Notes: a model not told the origin generated them from the letters alone. A DNA stretch of 61,558 bases, filler included, from Porpidia crustulata (GCA_964255105.1; 6 parts of 6 records of this genome joined end to end with filler, not necessarily neighbours in it); one strand, 5' to 3'; counted from the whole stretch's first letter, positions 27,701 to 38,048 are shown. Program-made: numbers and translations.

Positions 27701-27959
27701 CTGCTGTTTCAATCTGCAACCTATGGAGGAAGCTGCATGGCTTGGATGTCTCAGAGAGATTACGATGCGCACGGGAGAAAAACATCCACTATACCCCTGC
27801 TTACACATGATGGAGACGGAGAAGATGAGGATTGCATCGCCGAGCCATCCAGTCAATCTAGTATCGGCTGAGAGAAAAGCCCAGATCAAGGCCGCCATCT
27901 GGAGCAATGTCAAATACCTCGTGGACACGGGATTCTTTTCCCAGATAGCGTTGGTCTAG
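24735..27959 (+). CDS. NRPS-like A-T-R enzyme (adenylation, thiolation, terminal thioester reductase), 1074 aa, intronless
   Basis: A-domain cores LKAGGAYVPLDP, FTSGSTGRPKG, NTYGPAE, GELLVEGP.LALGY, YKTGDL, GRRDNQVKIRGQRVEL and PLTLSAKIDRK; PCP motif LGIDS; R domain LTGTTGFLG, IIHNGA and GYAQTKLVSE. No C domain. Confidence 0.95.
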   Translation: MPVSEEQYYGTAREDWLQLKRWNQDVPEEYHACVHYIFENQVELRPEAPAVCAWDGCLSYDKLDQLSARLGSYLATLGVRNGVYVPFCFEKSLWAVVATAAILKAGGAYVPLDPSHPSDRLLGILEDVGAKIVLTSSLHAELLSGSTAQIVPVSSEFLDSLQDRPMPEAFHHHSSPTDPVVVLFTSGSTGRPKGVVLQHAAIATHARSHGEALLMNQDSRVLQFAAHVWDIATMDIWTTLMHGGCVCIPSEQERRSDIAGAMERMQVNWALLTPSFVVDLLQPDDVPGLKVLVLAGEPMKQEIISKWSEKVRLLNTYGPAESGLCTAIEYGSKESKAENIGKRMPASLCWITDVDDHEKLVPIGSVGELLVEGPPLALGYLGDENKTKMSFIENPKFLQSNRSTRQRRLYKTGDLAQYCLDGSLNFKGRRDNQVKIRGQRVELSEIESHVEIYSGVSRAIVCYPRSGPFKDQLVSIVQTSSIVLETMAELKVRPTNQELGGSSTLTLQSQLLQWLSDRLPVHMVPNIVILIEALPLTLSAKIDRKRIEDWLLSMSPEEVNACCHNVRDSISKEPLFQSEETALKLSLKIAGIVDEKRVGFGKALLGHDFILLDLGIDSIQYIKLLTFVKLIWGTSIPLAMLTGSRTTVRLLAQFIDSAGSRDKVKIQQVSAAALLTEVATFVKQLTPSINPLAPCNCTNCHRDFSTVLLTGTTGFLGTQILWHLLLQSTVKRVIAHVRAENAHIGLERIIDIARKSGWWQEKYVERIEIWVGDLAVEPHLGLSAEQWDRIRGFGENPIDAIIHNGARVHWMQDYDTLKPTNVNSTVHLLRASLESSSLSRFIYVSGGQQLRLLEQNDQERAEEAIKFNGYAQTKLVSELLVREAGRLDSVVRERPSRFQVVKPGYIIGTTEKGIANPDDFLWRLAAGVIEVKGYNLADQKSFLFISSVDRVANIIANSCLSANDMGSDSNKISVFDGLTMEEFWDVVRRCCFNLQPMEEAAWLGCLREITMRTGEKHPLYPCLHMMETEKMRIASPSHPVNLVSAERKAQIKAAIWSNVKYLVDTGFFSQIALV

Positions 27960-28724
27960 GGATCTCTAGGATTCGTTAGTACGCCACTCACAGTCGACGC
28001 CGTCTTATGAAGATTAAAAATTTCATCCCGTCTTGTTCTCCTTACTTCTCATTTCTTTCAAGTAAGAGGCTACGCTAGCGTATAGATTACAATATTGAAT
28101 ATAAAAAACAAGTCTATATAATACGATACAGCAATATCAAGAGGAAGTACCTCGCTTAGAGTAGCGCTGCTGCCGTGTACCGCCCGGATCGGAAAGTTAG
28201 ATTCTCTAACGCGTCGGGTCGCACCACTAGTGATACTATTTCGATGATCTGAAGATTCCCTCGTGACGATCCTTCGCGTGGACATTGGACAGATGTGTGC
28301 CGCTCCAGATGCCAAGAGGGGTTACTCCACCTCGAAACGGGTTGTTTCCAAGATACGATGATCGTACTCGGCAGCGATGGTGTACCTTGCTGGAAACTAT
28401 GCCAAAACCCCTGGTCAATGCAATGCAGCCAAAGAACAGGCCGTGTCCGTTGAAGATGACGTGATCGTTCTGTACCTTTTGCGCTGCGCCATGGGCTCCA
28501 CTGGCAGAACGATGGTGTGAAGATGTTGAGCCGGACAAACCAAAGAATAGTCCACGTGCCCCTTTTCAAGCCAGCTGGGTTGTCCATAAAAGGAGCTCGA
28601 GATGAATCGTACTTGACCCGTATAACTGCTTTGAATATCAAAAAGGCACGCCCAAGAAAGTATCAGACAATTCGATTGACACAGTCGTTGCACATTTGAC
28701 CTCTCAATCCAAATATAAGCAACG

Positions 28725-30492
28725 ATGGGATCTTTATCAGACACGCCTACGGTCAACCTACTCGAGTATCTACGCTCAAAGTCTCGGCTCGATGTTGATA
28801 GTCTTGACATCAAGGGTAACATTCGAGGCGTCGAACCATGAAACTCAATACTGACCTCTATAGTGTCGACCACCAGGGCTCCCTTTGTCGACTGTACTTC
28901 AAATCAGGTGGGCCTATTCCAGATCCAAACTGCACAATGTACAGCCGAATAACCCAACTTGTATAGGCTGAAGGCTATACAGAGCTCCTCAACCCTGAGC
29001 GAGCATCTCTACTCAATCGATCCCTGGTTCTCGCACGTAATATATTGCCTGAGTATCCCAATTTGACCTTTGAAGAGCTGGCATTTGAGATATCTGTATG
29101 TTTCTCCTTTTGACCATCAGACTAGAACCATCTACTTATCCACCCTGCAGATGGTCAACTTGGCCTTGACCATAGCTCCAAACATCTCAGGCTCCATCCT
29201 GGTGATGACGAACCCTCGATACGCCGGTAGCGTCATCAAAACTGTCGAAAACGCTCAACGCAAGTTCCTCTTTTCTCAGGACTTGGTGAAGGTGAAGTCA
29301 GCAGCAGCTAATAAAACAATAGGTTTCGTCGATTTTTGCCACATCCTCGACCCTGGTTTTGACAAATCAAGGCTCTGCCTCAAGGTCCCTGCGACATGGG
29401 AAGGGCTGCAAGCCTGCCGAAAGCTGACCGGCCGAGGCATCAAAACCGCGGCGACCACGCTCTTCACAAAGGAGCAGGCAATTCTCGCCGCTGAAGCGGG
29501 ATGCGAGTGTATTATTCCCTTTATACATGAACTCAAGGTTCTTTTTGACAAGAAGTACGTTTATAATCTACCATTTATGCCTTTCACCCACCTTCCACAA
29601 GCTCATTTCACAAAACTTCTTCACGCTCTCTCCATCATCTACCTCCATATTGTCTTCATCTTCTACCTCCACGTTTCTCCATCATCCACACACCCATCAT
29701 ACACACCAACACCAGTAAAGTCAACACTAAAACACCCCCCCAGCTTCCACGGCGCCCCCCCAATCTTCAACCTCTGCCTCCACGCCCAGCAATACTTCGC
29801 CCACCACGCCTACCCCACCCACGTCAAAGCCGCTGCCCTCCTCACCGTTGATGACGCCATCCGTCTCTCCGGCATCACTGCAGTGACGCTGGAACCCCAC
29901 TTACTCGAAGCCCTCGCCGCAGCCCACGAGCCCGAAGCGGCACTAGCTCAGCGTTCCATTTTCAGCAGCTCCGTCAATGATAAAAGTAATGGAGATGGCT
30001 GGGAGGAAAAAGTCAGTTATATCGACAATGAGGCGGGGTTCCGAGCGGCTATGCGCAGGGGGCATGGCGATAGGCAGACGGTTCAGGTTAGTTTTTATTT
30101 AATTTTTCGCTTTCATCCAACTATTCTTCCTCTTCGCCTCCTGTACAACCGGTTGGATGTAACATGGCACTAACCATCACCAGGCCCTCAACATCTTCAG
30201 CGACTTCCAAGCAAAAGCCGAAGCCATGATGCGCGACGCCGATCAACTCTCCCTCTTCCCCGGCGCAGCACCCCTCAAGCCCGTAGACACCAAAAAAATC
30301 GATTTCTCCCGCAACGACCACCAGTCCCCGAACCAGCCCAGCCAGCCGCCTGTCTTGGTGCCTGAGTCACCAGTCGAAAACGGCACGGTGGAGAATAAGG
30401 CGAAAGAGAATGGTGGGTTGGCGGAAGTCTCGCCAGAGATGAATGGGACCGGAATTCATGGGCAAGCGTCGGGCTCGTCAATCGTTGTTTGA
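28725..30492 (+). CDS. Divergent transaldolase/FSA-family (class I aldolase) protein, ~7 exons
   Basis: MGSLSDTPTVNLLEYLRSKSRLDVDSLD|...FVDCTSNQ|...; Schiff-base motif LCLKVPATWEGLQACRKL; TTLFTKEQAILAAEAGC; C-terminal helix ALNIFSDFQAKAE. Introns include 29260-29322 (GC-AG) and 29555-29743. Confidence 0.88.
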
Positions 30493-30763
30493 TATAAACA
30501 TGCTAGATCTAAGTTCCACAAATATTTTGCCTGGGGGCTCGATAATTCCCATAGACTTTCCGCGCCAAGGAAAAATCGGGGGCTCGCGCATGGCTCACTG
30601 TCCGAATCATCAATACAAATCATTCTTTTCCCACTTATTTTATTTGATTGTGAAATTTGATCTTTTCATCGGTTCTATTAAACTCCCTTCTCATCCACCC
30701 TTCTCATCCACCCTTACCATCCATCCTTACCATCCCCCTTCTCATCCCCCCCACCTTCTTTAC

Positions 30764-30863
30764 NNNNNNNNNNNNNNNNNNNNNNNNNNNNNNNNNNNNN
30801 NNNNNNNTTAATTAATTAANNNNNNNNNNNNNNNNNNNNNNNNNNNNNNNNNNNNNNNNNNNN
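30764..30863. other. Artificial contig spacer
   Basis: 44 N + TTAATTAATTAA + 44 N. Confidence 0.98.
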
Positions 30864-31151
30864 GGGGACCGATGGCTAGGTAAAGTGAGATAGGGTGTGT
30901 ACGATTGATATGTGCGATTAGCGCGGCGTTCATGAAAGATAGCCAGGCCAGGTGTCTCGGAAGGAAAATGTTCCGTTCTAGGATTGGATTAAGATACTGG
31001 GGTTGGTTCCAACGATTTTCGAGCGCTATGCTGTTATATCCACACGTTTTGATCTTTGTGTGCTCCAATACAAAACGCCGTAAAAGCATATTGGGTATCT
31101 CCGAACACGATGAATGCACAATAATACGGAAAACCCTGATGGTGAGAACAG

Positions 31152-32682
31152 CTACAACGCTGCAGTTTGAACTTTCTCAGTCTCTTTCCCCCCCATAATG
31201 ATCTCACTAGCTTTCTCCTCTCCGCTAGCTACGTCCTCCTTGTCCGGCACCGAAGATTCGGACTCTGTGTCTTCAATCACCGATGTGAGCTTTCCCTCAA
31301 GTGAAGAGTCTTTGACCGACTTCTCTGGCTCTCCTGTCTCCTTCGAGACATCTGGTTCAACTTCGGGTGCGGGCGTGAATCTGACCGGGGGGGCTTGCGA
31401 CTGGGCTTTGGGGGCATCGGTATNNNNNNNNNNCCCCCATCGCGCCCCCCCCCCCCCCCCCGCGCCCACCCCACCCGCGCGCCCCCCCCCCCCCCCCCCC
31501 CCCCATCGGTATCTGGCAGCGCGCGTAGGGCAGAGCTTGTGTCGGTTGGTGGATCTTTTGATTTTTGTGGCGATTGCTCGTGATGGTCGTCTTCGTCCCC
31601 TTCGGCGATGGTTGGGACCAGAGAGCCTGTGGACGGCGTGTGCTTGTGCCTTCTGGTGGTGGCGCCGGTGGAGATTGTTGTTGTTGTATCGTCATCACCG
31701 CGACTGGTCTCTTCCTCGTCGGCTTGTTTCTTGAGAATGGCCATCCCAGCTTCAGGCACGTCATCTTTACTCGAGGCGATTCCTTCGGCCTCGGGCGGTA
31801 TCGTGTAATTATCTTCTTGGATCAAGTTGTACACGTCACATACTTTCTTGAACAGAATGTAAAGTCCCTCGTTCCCCTCAACCTGCCAGAATACCTGCCG
31901 GTGCTGGAACCAAGCGTGCGCAAATATACGGTATACCCGTCTGAAAATATTCGTCAACTGCCTAACACTTTGCTGCGTTCCCCCAGCTGCCTCTGTTCCT
32001 AGTGTCAACCGACTTGGAAAATGTTTCTGGCTTGTCAGAACGTTCGCAGCCCAGTCGAGCGTATGACAGCAGTAGTCAATTGCGCAACACGCTTTTGGTG
32101 GATCGTGCACAGCACATAGGTACTGCCACTCGCTGGCGCGCATCTCGGGGCATGTCTTTGAGGAGCAAGGCGGTTCTTCAGCGAAAAAGGCCACAATGAG
32201 GTTGTTGGCTTTCTGAACGAGGAAGCGGCAGAGCTCGTAAAGCCAAAGAGATCGGTCCACATTTTCCGGAGGAGTTGCGAGAATGAGAGCTGTGTCGTGG
32301 TTGATGGGAACGGTGGAATTGGAAGAAGAAGATTTCGTGTGGTGGTGATACAGAGCTTTCAGATGCTCCTGCAGTTGGAAAGGGGAATCTAGCTAAGAAG
32401 ATTTGTTAGTTGAGATAGTCACAGGCAAAGGATTTGGCGACTTACCTCCGCTAAGGGTACTAATGGAGGACCAAATGCCATGTCGGCAGCTTTTGTTCCT
32501 GGTCGAATACGTCGCATTGCACCACTCTCGAGCTTTGTAGTATCATTCAATTCTGGAATAGCGGCGGTCTGCTCAGCATTGAAGCTGGGAGATGGAGGGC
32601 CGATCTGAACCTCTGGAAATGGTGGAGGACTTGGAAGACGCGGTGATCTCGAGGGGGACACACCGCCCATTGCAGCAGCCAT
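31152..32682 (-). CDS. MOB3: MOB4/phocein family protein (fungal STRIPAK subunit MOB3)
   Basis: RRIRPGTKAADM, LDSPFQLQEHL, LWLYELCRFL, TCPEMRASEWQYLCAVHDPPK.CCAIDYCCHTLDWAA and RRVYRIFAHAWFQH. The C-terminus crosses a poly-C/N10 assembly defect at ~31424-31505. Confidence 0.9.
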
Positions 32683-34074
32683 TTAAACAGTCGGAAAAGT
32701 AATCTTGTTCTTCTTAGTTCTATGATATGGTACTCTGTTGCTCTCTGGATTTTTGCCGAGAGGGGTGAAGTAATTGTAGGTCAAGGTAGCGTGGCACGCG
32801 TGGGTAGTAAAATGCGCGGATCGGTGGCTCGGTCCGACCCGAAGTCGCTTCGTCAAACCAACGTGCCATTTTACCTTCTCACCATCTCACCTTCGCATGT
32901 ACCACGGAACCATCACTAAAGTAGGGACCAGCAACAGTCCCCTCTCAAGAAACGTAAAGGATCCATTCAATCTTCCCCTAAACGATGCATGCCTTTGACT
33001 GCGCTACCCTGACTACGGCGCCTCGAGGACCTGGAGGGACGATCCCTCTGGATTTCCTCACACTGCAGCACCCTTCCCCCCGCTACGCCACCAAGAGGCA
33101 TTCTAGACATCAAGGCTTTCAAATGACTGTATTGCTACGTATATAAACCGAAGACCTCCATTATTTCTTCCAAATAACGGCTTTCTTCTCACTTTTGAAA
33201 TCACATCTGAGCGTTTTGGGCTTCGGAAAATGATAAGCTGTAAAGTCCAGACTTTGCATGGGATGATCCCTATGCATTAGCGAAAGGGCTGCTGGCCATT
33301 GAGCTTAGAGATATTTTGAATTCACAAAGGCCAGGCGAATTTGTCTTTACATCTAAGGCGCTGTTGTCAAACAGTCCACCCGATTTGCAGGAAATGACAA
33401 CGCCTCTCTTGAAGTCTCTTGGCCTAAGTCTTTCGGAGTCATCAAGACGATAATCTAATAATAGGTTTCCTGTACAGTGTTAGCCAGAACATAAAGCGCG
33501 GAGAGCGACTCACCATGTCTTTCTCCCCGCGAGAAGGCCGAACACTTCGTCTATACAGTGTACTTTCTCTTACGTCGAATAATGATGAAAACATCTACTT
33601 GATATTGTCTCATTGCATTTTCCGAGCAGGATGCGCTTGCGGTCCTCGAAGTTCTCGTTCAGTCGTCGGCCACGTACCCTCTTTTTGATGAATGCTTCCT
33701 CCCTAGTTCTTCCCTTATTTATTACTTGATCAGTATCTCGCACGAAATCATCAATCCACGGTCACGCATTTCAGAAATTGAAGCTAGACTGTCTTCACAT
33801 ACAAAGTGATCCTCGAGATATCTAGGTTAGCGGGCACGGCTGTTATACACGCATTTACAGTGAAGACCCGGAGTAGACGACTATATCCAGGTCCATAGAC
33901 GAAGAGACAACTATGGTTGGGTAAATAAACGTCTTCGAACCCCTGTAAAATGTCAAGCGGAAGCCTTGTTCTGATTCCTCCCAACCATTAAACCTTCAGA
34001 AGGGCTGTTGGACAGACTGAAACGGAATACGGTGCTACATGGCTGTAAATGGTCTTCCAGTGGACGGCCGAGTA

Positions 34075-34754
34075 CGACAGTCCATATCGAGCAAAGGGAA
34101 ATCGAAAATCGAAAAACGGAATTTCGGAATTCGAATAATCAAAATCAAAGTGGACACCGCACACTCATCGCACGTCAGCCCATATGATAGTTCAATGTAT
34201 CGATAGAAAGATAACACTAAGTGCTTCATGTAATGATCCATTTAATGCCCACTCAGTGCCCCATTCAGTGCCCTATCTAGTGCTCCATCCAGTGCTCCAT
34301 TCCATGCTTCACTTAGTGCTCTAATTGATGCACATTCAGTGCTTCATTTCTTCTTTATACAGTGCTTCCTTTAACGCTCATTAATGCTTCACGCGTTAAA
34401 TAATAAAAGCGTTCAATTAAGCACAATATGAGTATACAATGAAGCATTGAATGGAGCACTGGATGGGGCACTGGATGGGGCACTGGATGGGCATTAAAAG
34501 AAGAACTGGGTGGGCATTAGATGAAGCATTGGGTGAGAATTAAAAGAAGCACTGAATGGAGCACTGAATGAAGCACTGAATGGAGTACTGAATAGGGCAT
34601 TGAATGAAATCAACATATCTAATTTCATCTTCATATCAATACATTGAATTATTATGGGCGCTGACTTGCGATCAGTGTGCGGCATCCTTTGATTTTGCTT
34701 TTTCAAATCCCGATTTTCGATTTTCGATTTTCGTTATTTCCCTTTGGACTGCCG
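34075..34754. mobile_element. Non-autonomous foldback/MITE-like element with long imperfect TIRs and internal 12-bp subrepeats, TA-flanked
   Basis: The left end TA-CGACAGTCCA...AAAGGGAAATCGAAAATCGAAAA...CAAAATCAAAG...CCGCACACTCATCGCACGTCAGC..TTCAATGTAT mirrors the reverse complement of the right end (...TGGACTGCCG-TA). Arrays of CAGTGCYCCATY on the left (~34251-34323) appear inverted on the right (~34447-34610). No transposase. Confidence 0.78.
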
Positions 34755-35294
34755 TAGGACTATGGTCAAGAGACTTCATAGCCACTTTATCGTGTTCGAT
34801 CCCGAATCTCTGTATGAGTGTTAACCAGGACCCTCTGCGTATCCGCTTTGCCTCCGAGTATCTCCATCTTCAACTAGATGCCGTGAACGTGCATGAGATT
34901 GTACGTAGTGTGCGTCTGTCTTTATTTTCCGGGATATCGTAGGTCCCTTACTGAGACGCCTGGTTGACAAGCGGGTGACAGAAAAATCCCGACCCCAAAT
35001 GCGATCCTCCGCCCATATCAAATTTACTACTGAATTTTTGAGCTACGATTTCGATCAGAGTGGAGGGTTCGAGGGTCGGGGGCACCAAATTAAGCGATCC
35101 CCACGAAACCCCTAATATTTACAGAGCAATTCACGGGGAAAACAGTCAATTTTCTACTATTATGTCTACTGAACTTAAGTAGAATATTCATTTCGGTTCT
35201 AGAACTGTTTTATTCGATCGTGTCAACTAATCCCACGACTTTTCCCCCGACCCTCGGTTGCTATTGGCGGCATAGCAGCAGGTCTTAATTTCTT

Positions 35295-36743
35295 TTAAGT
35301 AGCATGTCTCATTCGCTTCGCGGTCGGCGGCCCAGCAGCGAGCTCGTCGGTCGAAGTATCAGATTCATTTTCCTGGAGAGATGATAGAGACGTACGGCTG
35401 TCCGTCAATGTGGTTGACGGAGTACCAGCAGGTGCGCGTCGAGCTACCTGATTTGCATGATCAATGAAATCATCTCGATGGGTTTTGGCCAAGTCACGGA
35501 GATTACGCAAACTACCAGCTCCTTTCTGGAAGGCTTCCCTATCGTGCGTTAATGCATACGAACCTAGCTGTGTCATATGATACTCGGAGGGTCCTCCAGG
35601 TGATTTGGGCGTTGTGAGATGATGGCCATAGAGTTGCAGCAGTCCAGTACCTTGCTGGTAAGTGCCTGAGTAGCTGTTAGCGTTATCTTCGTACTTGGGT
35701 TCTGCCAATTGGTAAATCTGTAGACTGTGCATCGCCCGCGCACCCGCCGCCCCATCGTGACAGGCTTGCCGCTGTGCGACGTCAGCGCGACCACCCTCAC
35801 CCTTTCCCTCTGGGAAAAAGTTGGTGCCGCCGGAAGAGAGGTGTTGTTGCACGGGATAATCTGCTTTCCAAGATCACGGCGGACACGCTGATCAATTTTT
35901 TGGGGCAAAGCACCGTCATACAAGTCTGGTTTCGGATAGGGTAGGTCATCTGCGAGTGGCTCCAGGTGGTTGAATAGGCGATCGGATGCGTATTGATAAT
36001 GTTTTCTTCCTTCGCCCGCAATGATAGACATAGCATCGGCTCGTGCATTCGCTTCATCACCTGCCTTGTCGCAAATATTCCTAAAGTCTTCAAAATCCTC
36101 GTCACGGAACTGAGAGGGGGATAAGGAAGCTCGAGATCCGACCATATAGTCTCTAACATCTTAGATATTCTTGGGCTTTGAAACTCGGTTGTGCGGATAT
36201 ATTCCACCATCAATCAAGTTCTGCTCGAAATTGGGATCGTAAGACTTGCACTTTCGAGTTGAGTCGCTGCCGCCAGACGTGGATAAGCGCTCTCGCTTTG
36301 AATTGGATTGGCTCATGGTGACAACCTGATCAGCCAGAACGGCAAACTACAAGAGCACTCCTTTAGTATCAGACTCCAGCAGGCACACGAACTGAACTCA
36401 CCCCTCGAATATGAGTCAAATCAGGTCCGCCGTGTCGTGAAAATCGCTTCACGTTTTTGGTCCCAGGTCCGGATGTATTGTTAATGCTAGAACGGGGTGT
36501 CAACACTAGTTGTTCGGTCCTCGAACTCCTGCGGTCAAACTCTCTCAATGCTCCTCGAGTTAGATGCACCTTGGAGAGCCTATTCCAGAGGCTTGGAGGA
36601 CGGTGCCACCGGTATGTTTCAGCTTCTGAAGTGCGTTTCTCTCTTTTGGCCGAGGGCGAGTCCTCAGGGGAGTCTTTGGGGAGAGATTCAAGTGTGTCTC
36701 GTTGCCGCTTCTTCGCAGAAGGTTTATTTTCAAGTCCAAACAT
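35295..36743 (-). pseudogene. Pseudogene of a fungal hypothetical protein with a PD-(D/E)XK-like motif
   Basis: Exon 1 ...KRFSRHGGPDLTHIRG, intron, SYDPNFEQNLIDGGIYP, in-frame TAA at 36161-36163, KPDLYDGA, a 1-nt frameshift at ~35820, then NFFPEGKG..RQACHDGAAGARAMHSLQ. Confidence 0.7.
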
Positions 36744-37150
36744 AGGGCACTAGCAGAGGGTATTTGGTAGATGGCGAGGAATGAGTAGGCGGCCCCTTAA
36801 AGGGATCGTGTTGAAAGGAACAGTAATGTCACACGCTTCGAAGAATCCATGTACCGGCATGGCCTGTATCGGAGTTGATCAGAGTAATGCGCGTGTGCGC
36901 CAAGCCCTTAGCGCACTGATACTCGTTCCCACCCCTCGCCCCCAAAGGTCCGCACCTCCCAACACTCCGCCAAACCTAGGGTTAGGGTTATATCTACTAG
37001 TTTTGATCGGGGCGGACCGTTGGGGGGTGGGTTCGACACGTTCGAGTAGATAGAAGTGGAAGGTTAGCCGAGGAGCATCTTTCACACCGTCTGGAGGGCA
37101 CGGAGGGCAAGAGGGTTAGGCTTAAGTCAACTCTTCATGTTTATCACACC

Positions 37151-38048
37151 ATGGACGACCCGTTCATCCAACACTTTCTCGAGATACGGATAGGCGGGTG
37201 CTACCAGGTTTGTGAACGTTTAGGGTCAGGCACGTTTGGAGAGGTGTACATCGGTACGTTAGCTTTTAGTGATACCGGGAAAGGCCAATTATTGATGAGG
37301 CGGAAAAGGCCGCGATGTTTCCAACGGCCAGAAGGTGGCAATCAAACTCGAGCACTGTTCGGTCGCACCGTCGCTCCTGAGCCAAGAAGTCGAGATTTAC
37401 GAGTGTCTCAATGGACGACCTGGCATACCTCGAGTGTTCTGGCACGGGTTCAACTGTGACTATCGGGCAATGGTCTTTGATTTGCTTGGCCCCAATCTGG
37501 AGGATCTCTTCCGATACTGCGACAACAGATTCTCCCTTAAGACTACCTTGATGCTAATGGATCAACCCCCGGATTGCCTTGGTTGGAACTTGCCACTATG
37601 CAAGCATTAACGGCCATTTGAATGTCAGTAAGTCCCATGGTTTAAACATCCATCATTAATTCGAAGGCTGACATGGCCCTACACAGCTCCATCCTGGCGT
37701 GACGACCTTGAGTCGCTGGGGTACATGGCCTTGTATTTACTCCGTGGGTCGCTTCCCTGGCAGGCTTTGAAAGCGCCCAGTCGGCAAGAGAGACACCGCC
37801 TTGTTTTGGAGCGGAAGCAGACAATTCCTGTGACTGAGCTATGCAATGGTCTGCCTAAGGAGTTCACTACTTACATGAATTACATTCGGAAACTGGGTGA
37901 TCAGGATCGGCCAGATTACAAGTACCTCCGGAACTTATTCGATCGTCTCTTTCGCGCCAAAGGGTTCGAGCATGACAATGTTTTCGATTGGACGACCCGA
38001 GAGTTCGAGAGGCTATCTCGTCTGGGTCAAGAACATTCCGTATCGTAG
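37151..38048 (+). pseudogene. Casein kinase I (HRR25-like) paralog with an internal deletion
   Basis: LGSGTFGEVY, VAIKLE, DLLGPNLEDLF..C..RFSLKTTLML, then a direct out-of-frame jump at ~37566 to LVGTCHYASINGH|..RDDLESLGY..GSLPWQ, RPDYKYLR and VFDW. The HRD catalytic loop and DFG motif are missing. Confidence 0.85.

Noticed and set aside
31400..31510. Apparent frameshift and Gly/Pro runs in the MOB3 C-terminus
   Set aside because: Coincides with poly-C tracts and an N10 gap, so most likely an assembly or sequencing artefact.
34040..34070. GGCTGTAAATGGTCTT resembling the 5' end of fungal SRP RNA
   Set aside because: The match is short, no S-domain helix motifs were found downstream, and the sequence may be a degenerate extension of the inverted repeat.
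34240..34610. Short-repeat arrays as a possible CRISPR or coding repeat
   Set aside because: The 12-bp units are contiguous, have no unique spacers and are mirrored between the arms in a eukaryotic context; they are explained by the foldback element.
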